Origin: a virus
Lineage: Duplodnaviria > Caudoviricetes
DNA length: 56,920 nucleotides
IMG/VR virus record: IMGVR_UViG_3300039159_000083
Span: 1 to 56,920 of that record
Strand: one strand, 5' to 3'
Shown: positions 1 to 8,079 of the stretch, one piece after another
Position numbering within the stretch: the first letter of the stretch is position 1
Layout of the letters: the number at the start of each line of letters is the position of its first letter
Made by a program: the position numbers and the translations under genes
The notes under the pieces: model-generated
What the model saw: the letters and a program-made list of their open reading frames with translations, nothing else
What the model was told of the DNA's origin: nothing
The model's database searches: none

Positions 1-644
1 AACTCATACACCCTAACACATTTGGGGAAGATCTGGACAAGGTCAGTTCTTCTGCTCTTACAACCATCAGCAGAGTCGTAAGGATTTAACATCCTAAGCT
101 CTGATATGAAGTGCATAGTGGAGTAAGAAGCATAGCTGATTAACTGGTCTTGGTAATCCTTCTCTGATTTAGTGGATATACTAGGTAACTCTAGAAGTCT
201 AGTAGTCTCCATTTCAATTGAGTTAGATCCTAGCTGTTGAAAGTCTTTGGCTGCGGCAGACTTACCCTGCACTAAATAGGAGTAAGCATGGAGCCAATCA
301 CCTACCCAAAGGGAGTTAATCCTACCCAAAGATTTACCCGTGGCTTCAAAGTATTTAACCTTAAACTTAGCCAGATTCTCTCCTTCAAACTTGTAACCCT
401 TACCAGCTAAGGATTCTGACGAGACGTTTTTTAGACGGGGCGTCAAACTACTTGACCAATTGTCTGTGTAGTCGCCAGCTTCTAATCCTTTAGCTACTGC
501 TAGCTCAGACATTACAACCCAAGCACCATCAGAGTTATAGACCCAATTAATATTATATTCATTAGTAAGTCTAACTAGTTCTTCTAATGTATTAATATCA
601 GCTGAGGAATCAATTGACAGAATAGAGTCTTTAAGTGTTATCAT
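1..644 (-). CDS. Putative DNA-binding (antirepressor/Bro-N/KilA-like) plus PD-(D/E)XK-like nuclease protein; 3'-truncated at the window edge
   Basis: Not in the ORF track. Manual translation from ATG 644 is open for 214 codons to the edge: MITLKDSILSIDSSADINTLEELVRLTNEYNINWVYNSDGAWVVMSELAVAKGL...SESLAGKGYKFEGENLAKFK...SEKDYQDQL...SRRTDLVQIFPKCVRVYE. The E..Q / R-x-D / YE pattern resembles PD-(D/E)XK motifs, but the expected Lys lies off-window. Confidence 0.6.
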   Translation of the reverse strand, partial: MITLKDSILSIDSSADINTLEELVRLTNEYNINWVYNSDGAWVVMSELAVAKGLEAGDYTDNWSSSLTPRLKNVSSESLAGKGYKFEGENLAKFKVKYFEATGKSLGRINSLWVGDWLHAYSYLVQGKSAAAKDFQQLGSNSIEMETTRLLELPSISTKSEKDYQDQLISYASYSTMHFISELRMLNPYDSADGCKSRRTDLVQIFPKCVRVYE

Positions 645-664
645 AGAAGTTGAGTGTTATCATA
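634..664. repeat. 12-bp direct repeat AGTGTTATCATA (two copies) at the start of the nuclease gene
   Basis: Perfect copies at 634-645 and 653-664; each contains a minus-strand ATG. Confidence 0.85.
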
Positions 665-670
665 TAGGAT

Positions 671-699
671 ATAGGTGCTCCTTTATTGGTAGCACCTAT
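671..699. promoter_or_regulatory. Hairpin overlapping a Shine-Dalgarno-like AAGGAG upstream of the nuclease gene (or a plus-strand terminator)
   Basis: ATAGGTGCT (671-679) and AGCACCTAT (691-699) form a perfect 9-bp inverted repeat. Minus-strand AAGGAG at 678-683 and minus-strand TATAAT at 703-708. Confidence 0.5.
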
Positions 700-771
700 T
701 TTATTATAACCTATGTATAGGGCTACTTACAGCTTTATTCTAGATTAAAGGAAGAGTTTTATTGGGGTGGG

Positions 772-967
772 GCTAGCTAAGGATTCTAACAAGGTGTTTG
801 ACTAGTCGGATCTGTTTCGACTAGTCAAACGCTCCGTCAAACTACTTGACCAATGGTCTGTGTAGTTGTCAGCTTCTAATCCTTTAGCTACTGCTAGCTA
901 AGGATTCTGATGAGGCCTTTGAATGGTCGGGACAGATCCGACCGTTCAAACGCTCCGTCGGATCTAG
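772..967 (+). ncRNA. Candidate structured RNA/ssDNA element (four hairpins, repeat-derived)
   Basis: Hairpins at 796-830, 840-867, 878-906 and 918-950. A 16-bp direct repeat GCTAGCTAAGGATTCT at 772-787 and 893-908. Core-stem mismatches are G-U on the plus strand. Transcription is not demonstrated. Confidence 0.45.
835..899. repeat. 65-bp direct repeat of 441-505 (inside the nuclease CDS)
   Basis: 62/65 identical; differences at 461/855, 473/867 and 475/869. Confidence 0.95.
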
Positions 968-1358
968 TTAAGGCTAGATGGCTTTTAGCTTCTTCTATAC
1001 TATCTACTACAAAGGTATCCCGACTTCCTACTACCCAGCAATAGAATATCTCTTTACCGCAGGAGAGTTCTCCTCTTTGACAGAGAGCTATCTTCTTACC
1101 GTTATCAAGAAGTACTCTAGATATATTCTCTTCTCTACTAATAAGGCCTTCTAATCTAACTCCTTTCCTAGCAGCATTAGATAGCGCCGCCTTAATACTG
1201 TCTGCATCATTGGGGCAATACCTAGCCACTTCTTCTACAGATTGTCTTAGTCTTTCTATGTCTAGATGTAATTGATGAGCCACCTCTTTAGATGTCAGTG
1301 GAGTGCCACCATCATAAGTTATTAAGGGATAACACTCACAGGAAGTATGGACCGACAT
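894..1358 (-). CDS. Hypothetical protein, possible N-terminal HTH/antirepressor-like segment
   Basis: 154-aa ORF; LTSKEVAHQLHLD is HTH-like. Its last ~25 codons run through the hairpin element. Confidence 0.5.
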   Translation of the reverse strand: MSVHTSCECYPLITYDGGTPLTSKEVAHQLHLDIERLRQSVEEVARYCPNDADSIKAALSNAARKGVRLEGLISREENISRVLLDNGKKIALCQRGELSCGKEIFYCWVVGSRDTFVVDSIEEAKSHLALTRSDGAFERSDLSRPFKGLIRILS

Positions 1359-2238
1359 TATTAAGTCTCCTATTATTATAAAGATTATCAGATCTATTAT
1401 TCTCTAAGAAGACCACATCACATAAGGTAAATGGTTTGATATATGTGAGGGTATATTTAGAGGCTGGTCTAGGTTGGGTTAATCCCCATTGAATACCTAT
1501 AGCTCTAGTTATATTCTCTCTTGTGATGTTTAATGTAAGGGTAATAGGAGTTATGGAATAATCAGTCCATTCTATTCCTTCCTCATCCATAATAGAGCAG
1601 ATATCAAAGGCCTCTAATTGCTGAGGTGGATAAAGATAATCCATGTCTATATCCTGAGGATTAGAATCATATCTTTCCATCTCTACCTTAATAATAGGAT
1701 TAGTATTAACCCTTCTATTTAGTAATAGATTTCCATAGGGGTAACCAGATACCTGACTGTTATAATCAAAGTTAAGAGAACCATCTGAGTTAGGTATATA
1801 CCAATACTCTTGTCTTATTAACTTATGTTTATTCTGAGCCTTATCTTTGGCTAGTCTATTCTTTCCAGGTACTCCAGATAGGGAATAACCCTTTGGTAAT
1901 AGAATCTTCTCCCATTGCCAGTATTCGATCCTATAACAGGAGTTAATACCATAACCTATAGAAGGTCTTAGTAATAGTTGAAGCTTGCCAGAGAGGATAC
2001 CAGACCTCTGTATGTGGATGATTTGCCCTTCAGTAGATAGAGAACCAGTAGTATTATGAGTAGCGGGCTTATATATCTTTATATAGAATCTAGGTGATAG
2101 ATATATAGGTTCATCTATATCAAGAGGATCTTCTGGTAATGGAGGGTCTTCTATATTAGTAATAACTAGTTCATCTAATTCTATAAGTAGAGGCGTGTAT
2201 CTTCTTTTAGTTAGATTAGGTAGATAGGGTGTTCTCAT
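1336..2238 (-). CDS. Hypothetical phage protein
   Basis: 300-aa ORF, co-oriented and directly downstream of the terminase; no motif recognised. Confidence 0.7.
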   Translation of the reverse strand: MRTPYLPNLTKRRYTPLLIELDELVITNIEDPPLPEDPLDIDEPIYLSPRFYIKIYKPATHNTTGSLSTEGQIIHIQRSGILSGKLQLLLRPSIGYGINSCYRIEYWQWEKILLPKGYSLSGVPGKNRLAKDKAQNKHKLIRQEYWYIPNSDGSLNFDYNSQVSGYPYGNLLLNRRVNTNPIIKVEMERYDSNPQDIDMDYLYPPQQLEAFDICSIMDEEGIEWTDYSITPITLTLNITRENITRAIGIQWGLTQPRPASKYTLTYIKPFTLCDVVFLENNRSDNLYNNRRLNNVGPYFL

Positions 2239-2247
2239 CTCTTCTTC

Positions 2248-5200
2248 TTATCTCTTCTTCTTATATAAAGTATTAATAGCTCTACCTATATTTAACTTGG
2301 TATTACTTGAATTAGGTATGTTCTTTAGGTTACCTGATTTAATACTAGCTATTTGTACTTGAGTACCAAGGGTAAGCCCAGAACTAATCATATCTAAGTA
2401 ACAGGCATAGACAGCGTTAACTACTGCATCTGCCATATCTTTACCTGCTAGATTATGAGTTACCTGACCATTAGGTTTAACTATAATTTCACTAAGTTCA
2501 GTTATAAGAGTAGATATATATACTGAATCCCTGGGTAGTTCTAATAAACCTTGGGATAAAAGATCTCTAAATGTAGTGTAATAAGTTAATTGTTGAACTC
2601 TAGCAGTAGACATCTGCTCAGTAGAGAAACCTAATGTATGTAACTTCTGTATAGAAGATTCAGAGTTAAAGGAGTCAAAGGTAATCTTAGAGGCGTGTCT
2701 AGCTTTACCTAATTCTATAATGCAATCCTCTACATTTTGATAGGAGACATATCTCTGATGACCTGTAGAATCTAAATAGGGTTTCCATCTGATTAGAGCA
2801 TCAAGTGATATACCCCATCTATCATCTGCCATCTTAATGGCATGACACATAGCAAGAGCAGTGGCATCTCTTTTAACTGAGAAGTCTACATGTATGAATG
2901 ACCGGATAGAAGTATTCTTTTCTAATCTAGTTATATCTACTTCTACATATCTCTTAGTCTCAGAAGATATTTCTAAGTTCTTATCTCTCTCTAATGTATC
3001 TATACAAGAGAAACCAGTACAAGCTTTATCACATAGCTGGGCACTTATAAAACCAGTGGATAACTTCCTTCTAATACCTTCATACTCTAACTCAGCCTTT
3101 ACCCTATTCTTAATATAATCAGAGTTACAATTGGCCCTTGATACAGCCTCTAGTTTGTTTAAGTCCCAAGTACGAAGACGGAAGAAGACAGTATCAGGGT
3201 CAGCTTGAGTATCATTAATAAGTCTCTCCATAGGGTCACCAGTACACCATGCAGAGGAGATGGCTACCTTATGTCCTAGAGCACCAAATCTATTGACACC
3301 AGCCCCTACGTTAGAGAAGAGATGATCACCAGCACTTGTAATGGTTCCATCATCTTCTATCTTATTCTCAAAGCGGGCAAACTCATCTAATATCATTGCC
3401 TTAAGGGTATAACCAACTAAAGCCGGTGAGTTAGTATGTTTGGCATAGATGGCAACATTCTTAGCAGGACACTTAATAGTCTCTGCTAGTATCTCTATCT
3501 TCCCAGAGTCTTGCATTGCCTTAAAGAAATAAGAATCTGCAGCATAACCCCTTATCTTAGCAAAGAGAGTATCTTTAACTTGCTCTAAGGTCTGTGCTAT
3601 TACAAAGAGTGCTATAGGGTCATTAGGTAGTAATTTGTAGTGACGGGCAGGATTAGGTAGGGTAATGAGGGAATAGAACTCATATAAGGCTATAATGGCG
3701 GCTATCGTCGAATTGTGAGAAATGATATCATTACCAATAATGTTGGTACCCTTAACCTCTAAAGCTATAGTGGAGGCCGTACCTTCTAAAGTAAGTGATG
3801 CTATAGGTTCCCATAAGATGGGGGCATCAATGAAACAGGAAAGGTCTATAATACCTAACTTGTGGGCGGCATCTTTGGCTTTAGCCTTTGATAATCTATC
3901 CTTCCTGATATAACTATTAGGGGTAAGGCCTAAAGAGGTCCAGCTAACCTTAGATTTATATTTAGCCTTCTCAATAAGATTCAGGGCCCCTTTAGGTAGA
4001 AGTTCTATTCTTTGGTCTCTATCTAATCTCTTACTGATTATTTCTATAGCTTGATTTAAAGCTTCGCCTTTACTATATATACCTATATCTTGAGAGAACT
4101 TAAGAATATCCCTTTTAGTTCTAATAGCTAGTTCCCAAGCATCAAAGTTTTTACTATTGCATGTAGCTATCTTATGGAAGGTGTGTGAGGTAATACCAAA
4201 TTTAAGTAGCTCTCTTTGTATGTCATCAATAAAGTCTTTAGAGGCTAGGGTTATGCCTAGTGTCACCCTAGTGGGAGTACTAGAACAATATCCATCACAA
4301 GAGAACAAACGTGATAGGAAGCTGGCCACCTCTTCTTTAGGGGCTTCTTTAATACATGTTGGTATTCTTTTATTCTTAGATAACTTATCCCACTCTCCTA
4401 AACTCTTTATCCAATTCATTAGAGGATTAGGCGTACCCCCAGTCATCCCAGCTTGGTGGGATATACGATATTGTATCTTGGTGCCACCTATGAGCTTTAT
4501 TCTGTAGCTAGGGAACTCTCTATTTAATATGTCCTGTATATCTTCTATTACCATAGACTGCTCATTGGTAAAAGTGATAGATTCACCTCTTACACTACCA
4601 TCTCCCCATATATAACCTAGGAGGGCAGCTTTATCTAAACCAATGGACTTTCCACCAAATAACTCTTGGGATTTAGCTACAGCTACATAATCCCCTACTT
4701 CTAAGTCTTTAACTTCCACCCATCTAGGTACATCCCAATCATCTCTCCAAACTAGGTAAGGATGTTCCGCAGTAACTTTATCAGCTCTCCCACTCTTAGT
4801 TCTAAGTTCATATACTTCTTTAACGCCATTAAACTCAGTAGCTATGTCGTAGCTAATATACTTTTCCCAGGTAGCAGGGTTATAAGTAAATATTCCTATT
4901 CTTTCTCCTCTAGATAATCTCTGATGTAAATCTCCATAGGAAAGGCTACCTACCGTAGTAGTAATAAAAGAGTCTTCTGAACAGCACTTACTGTTATGCG
5001 AGATTATGGAGTTCCCTATAATACTAGTATCTGTAACTTCTAATCCTACTATTCTTTTCATACCTACTTCGATGAGTTCTTCTACCCCATCCCATCTAAT
5101 ATTAGATTGGGCTAAAGTTTTAAGTTCCTCATCCTTTAGATTAGTAGCATAAGTAATAACCTTTGACTTAGAGGGAGCATATTGCTTTCTAAGTCTGGAA

Positions 5201-6588
5201 TGATCTGTGTTAATCCCTCCAGTAACTTGCCTATTACTAAATTTAAGAGTCTCTTGCTTATCGTTTATCCTATCCCAAACTGAGCAGGGTAGGGTGTCTA
5301 CCTTACATTGAGACCTTATATCTGGGTTAGATGTGATTGCTTCTATAGCCTTCAACTTATCTTCTTTGGAGAAGATGCCAATCTGATGAATGAAGTTAGA
5401 AAGGGATTGTTTATCACTAATAGTTAAGGCCCAGGCATCAAATAGCTTACCATTACACTTGGATGCTTTGTAGTTTACTCTACTAGCTATGCCAAACTTT
5501 ACCAGCTCTCTTTGTATATCTTCTATAAACTCTTTGGAGGCTAAGCATATACCAATAATACATTTAGGATTAGGATGTTTGTCTATTAGTTTACCTACAC
5601 ACGCATATCCATCACAGGCAAATAGTCTTGATAAGAAGGTAGCTATCTCTTCTTTAGGGGCTTGTTTAATACAAGGAGGTATCCTTTTATGAATAGCTAG
5701 TTTACCATGCTCTCCTATTTCTCTTAGCCAACATAAGAGAGGATTACCTTGACCAGGTTTAGCAGATAATGTGTAGCCATACTTTGCTGCCCCTTTTCTT
5801 ATACGTATAGTCGGAAAGGATTCATCTAATATAGATTGTATCTCTTCTATTATTCTAGAGTCCATATTAGTAAACCTAATAGAGGAGCGCTGAGATAAGC
5901 CTCCATCTCCTAATAGATAGCCTAATAGTTTAGCCTTAGCTACTCCTATAGAAGTAGTACCAAATAAGGGAAGGTTATCTAGTACTGCTATACGATCCCC
6001 TACTACTAAATCCTTTAGTTCTACCCATTCTGGTAGCCCCTTTCTCCATATAAGATAAGGGTGGTCATAAGTGCACTCTTCTTCTTTACCCGCCGCAGTC
6101 TTTATTCTTATGGCAGGTTCCTCCCCTTTATCCCAAGTCTTTATGTCATAAGTAGTATAGGATTCCCACGTGTCTGGATTAAGAGTAGTAATTCCTATGG
6201 TTTCTCCTAATAACTTTCTATCTCTTAGTTCTCCATATGTAATAGTTCCTACTGTAGTTATTACATAAGAATCTTCAGAAGGGCATCCACCACGCCCTAC
6301 TTCTAGTATTAAATTCTTATAGCTTCTACCTTCTACCCAATTAGTTCTACCCTCATATTTCCATTGAGCTAATACATTCTTCTCTATATCATTTAGGTCT
6401 TCACCATACATGGTTTTGAGAAGTGCTGTCTGCTGAGGGAATAACTGGGCACTACCATTAAATACAATATCCTCAGCAAACTCTATTATAGATATGGAGT
6501 TATTCTGATTAGACCCTATACCAGCAGCAGCAGAAGTAATAAAACCATCAAAGAGGTTATCTAAGTTAGTGGTTTTCTTATTAACCAT
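2248..6588 (-). CDS. terL: Terminase large subunit containing two inteins (about 590 aa after splicing)
   Basis: After intein removal: LFPQQ adenine-binding motif, Walker A LILEVGRGGSKST, Walker B AMILDEFARF, and RNase H-like nuclease motifs FIHVDFSVKRDATALA, ITFDSFNS and GKDMADAV. Confidence 0.93.
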   Translation of the reverse strand: MVNKKTTNLDNLFDGFITSAAAGIGSNQNNSISIIEFAEDIVFNGSAQLFPQQTALLKTMYGEDLNDIEKNVLAQWKYEGRTNWVEGRSYKNLILEVGRGGCPSEDSYVITTVGTITYGELRDRKLLGETIGITTLNPDTWESYTTYDIKTWDKGEEPAIRIKTAAGKEEECTYDHPYLIWRKGLPEWVELKDLVVGDRIAVLDNLPLFGTTSIGVAKAKLLGYLLGDGGLSQRSSIRFTNMDSRIIEEIQSILDESFPTIRIRKGAAKYGYTLSAKPGQGNPLLCWLREIGEHGKLAIHKRIPPCIKQAPKEEIATFLSRLFACDGYACVGKLIDKHPNPKCIIGICLASKEFIEDIQRELVKFGIASRVNYKASKCNGKLFDAWALTISDKQSLSNFIHQIGIFSKEDKLKAIEAITSNPDIRSQCKVDTLPCSVWDRINDKQETLKFSNRQVTGGINTDHSRLRKQYAPSKSKVITYATNLKDEELKTLAQSNIRWDGVEELIEVGMKRIVGLEVTDTSIIGNSIISHNSKCCSEDSFITTTVGSLSYGDLHQRLSRGERIGIFTYNPATWEKYISYDIATEFNGVKEVYELRTKSGRADKVTAEHPYLVWRDDWDVPRWVEVKDLEVGDYVAVAKSQELFGGKSIGLDKAALLGYIWGDGSVRGESITFTNEQSMVIEDIQDILNREFPSYRIKLIGGTKIQYRISHQAGMTGGTPNPLMNWIKSLGEWDKLSKNKRIPTCIKEAPKEEVASFLSRLFSCDGYCSSTPTRVTLGITLASKDFIDDIQRELLKFGITSHTFHKIATCNSKNFDAWELAIRTKRDILKFSQDIGIYSKGEALNQAIEIISKRLDRDQRIELLPKGALNLIEKAKYKSKVSWTSLGLTPNSYIRKDRLSKAKAKDAAHKLGIIDLSCFIDAPILWEPIASLTLEGTASTIALEVKGTNIIGNDIISHNSTIAAIIALYEFYSLITLPNPARHYKLLPNDPIALFVIAQTLEQVKDTLFAKIRGYAADSYFFKAMQDSGKIEILAETIKCPAKNVAIYAKHTNSPALVGYTLKAMILDEFARFENKIEDDGTITSAGDHLFSNVGAGVNRFGALGHKVAISSAWCTGDPMERLINDTQADPDTVFFRLRTWDLNKLEAVSRANCNSDYIKNRVKAELEYEGIRRKLSTGFISAQLCDKACTGFSCIDTLERDKNLEISSETKRYVEVDITRLEKNTSIRSFIHVDFSVKRDATALAMCHAIKMADDRWGISLDALIRWKPYLDSTGHQRYVSYQNVEDCIIELGKARHASKITFDSFNSESSIQKLHTLGFSTEQMSTARVQQLTYYTTFRDLLSQGLLELPRDSVYISTLITELSEIIVKPNGQVTHNLAGKDMADAVVNAVYACYLDMISSGLTLGTQVQIASIKSGNLKNIPNSSNTKLNIGRAINTLYKKKR
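3712..4986 (-). mobile_element. Intein 2 with LAGLIDADG homing endonuclease (425 aa)
   Basis: Starts CCSED, block B VTAEHPYL, LLGYIWGDGS and FLSRLFSCDGY motifs, ends IISHN followed by Ser+1. Confidence 0.93.
4993..6285 (-). mobile_element. Intein 1 with LAGLIDADG homing endonuclease (431 aa)
   Basis: Starts CPSED, block B CTYDHPYL, LLGYLLGDGG and FLSRLFACDGY motifs, ends IISHN followed by Ser+1. Confidence 0.93.
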
Positions 6589-7498
6589 TACTAGCCTCTA
6601 GAGTTAATCTAATAATGTTATCTCTAGAGAAGGCGGCAGGTCTCCTATTAATAAGACCCATACTCTGTCTGAGAAGACTGGTATTTAATTCCTCTCCTAA
6701 TGCTATATAGAATAGATACTCATTAGCTTGTATAAACCTATCATCTCCAGCACCTATTAGATTGATTAGTTCAAGGGGTGTTTGATTATTAAGCTGGATA
6801 AAGAACCAACCACTCTCTTTAGGGAAGTATATAAATAGAGAGTCATCACTTGATAAGTAATGCTCTTCTTTTATAGTTAGAGGATTAGAACTTACATACT
6901 CTAAGGTAGGAGGAGTATGACCTACTGACTTAAGGAATAAGGTAGTAATAGTAATAGAAGATGGCCCATTAAGAAGGACTTGAGAACATTCAATATTGAT
7001 ATAGTTATTGGATGGTTCTATAGAAGGAGGGGCAGGTACTCTAATAGCATCATCATCAGAGATGGGATTGGATAATCTTAATGCTAAGTTATTAATAATT
7101 AAGAGGGATTGCTGTATACCTTGGAAGGTGGTATAAGTCAGGTAGAACATATAACCAGTCATACTTTGAAGCACTAAAGCCTTATCTAAAAGGGACTCGC
7201 CCCAAATAGCCCCATGCTTAGTTACTCGATATAGAAGTCTGCCATCTATATCATTTATCTTATAACCATGGGAAGGAATAATAGAATCCTCTTCTGAGGC
7301 ACCCTTCATTTCAAATAGGAAATCCCAAGGGGATATTACTTTTATCTCTCCTGAGTGGGATAGAAGTCTAGATATTTTAAAGGTGGTTGAGAAATCATCA
7401 TCAGCTAGACTAATCTGTCTTATCATAGCTTCTGGCCCCCCAAACTTCTGAGAGGTATAGTAATATCTCTGTCTAAGTTCTTCTAGTATCTCTTCCAT
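6581..7498 (-). CDS. Hypothetical protein
   Basis: 305-aa ORF overlapping the terminase start by 8 nt; no motif recognised. Confidence 0.7.
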   Translation of the reverse strand: MEEILEELRQRYYYTSQKFGGPEAMIRQISLADDDFSTTFKISRLLSHSGEIKVISPWDFLFEMKGASEEDSIIPSHGYKINDIDGRLLYRVTKHGAIWGESLLDKALVLQSMTGYMFYLTYTTFQGIQQSLLIINNLALRLSNPISDDDAIRVPAPPSIEPSNNYINIECSQVLLNGPSSITITTLFLKSVGHTPPTLEYVSSNPLTIKEEHYLSSDDSLFIYFPKESGWFFIQLNNQTPLELINLIGAGDDRFIQANEYLFYIALGEELNTSLLRQSMGLINRRPAAFSRDNIIRLTLEASNG

Positions 7499-7547
7499 CT
7501 ATATCCTTTATATCTCCTATATTCCCTATATTCTCTATATTCTCTAT
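7499..7547. repeat. Degenerate 9-mer tandem repeat filling the intergenic gap
   Basis: Minus strand reads AGAGAATAT AGAGAATAT AGGGAATAT AGGAGATAT AAAGGATAT, then AG ATG. Confidence 0.7.
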
Positions 7548-8056
7548 GCCACAAAGCTATTAATATTAATTGGAACACTTAACTTATACTTCTCTGGGGC
7601 TTGTAGTATAAGGCCTCTATTACCTGCTGATAGGATACGTGAGGTAACTGGAATGACTGCAATTAAATCACCCTGAAAGTCTCCTCTATTATTACCATTA
7701 GAAGGAGACATATCAAAGATGTTGGCCCCTCTAGCTACACAGGCATGAGAGAAGGGGCCGATATCTCCAGCTATAGCTTGGAACTCAACTCTAATTAATA
7801 TAGATGAGTTAGAAGAGGTATGTCTTAACTCAGGTTCTTCTACATAGGATCTTTTATATCCATTAAGAGTGAGACCCCCTATCTCATGTAGGACTGCCTC
7901 ATTCATTGTTAGAGTTCTCCTTTTGTTATACTCCATTTCACTAGGAGTATCATCATAACCAAGGTCAACTTTATTAATGAGAAAGACTATTAAGCCATAA
8001 CCTAAATAGTCCTTAGCAATCTTTTCTCTTATTTGATTGGATATTGTAGGAAGCAT
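7544..8056 (-). CDS. Small virion protein, probably tail-fibre associated
   Basis: 170 aa following the fibre cluster. The GYKR...VEFQAIAGDIGPFSH pattern resembles small beta-rich tail proteins (weak). Confidence 0.4.
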   Translation of the reverse strand: MLPTISNQIREKIAKDYLGYGLIVFLINKVDLGYDDTPSEMEYNKRRTLTMNEAVLHEIGGLTLNGYKRSYVEEPELRHTSSNSSILIRVEFQAIAGDIGPFSHACVARGANIFDMSPSNGNNRGDFQGDLIAVIPVTSRILSAGNRGLILQAPEKYKLSVPININSFVA

Positions 8057-8079
8057 TGTAAAAGAACCTTTTATTTTTA

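Noticed and set aside
441-899. Diversity-generating retroelement TR/VR pair
   Set aside because: There are only three differences, and one is not at a template adenine. The repeat is in the N-terminal part of the gene, and there is no reverse transcriptase in the window.
772-908. Mini-CRISPR array
   Set aside because: Only two perfect 16-bp repeats 121 bp apart, and the intervening sequences are homologous to each other rather than unique spacers.
784-963. Integron attC-like sites (about 60-nt imperfect palindromes with 5-nt spacers)
   Set aside because: The ends are mostly GAC/GTC rather than the conserved AAC/GTT, there is no extrahelical base in the inner box, and no integrase is seen. 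The resemblance is superficial.
6581-7498. Terminase small subunit, by position upstream of terL
   Set aside because: At 305 aa, with no HTH or coiled-coil pattern that I can recognise, position alone is insufficient.
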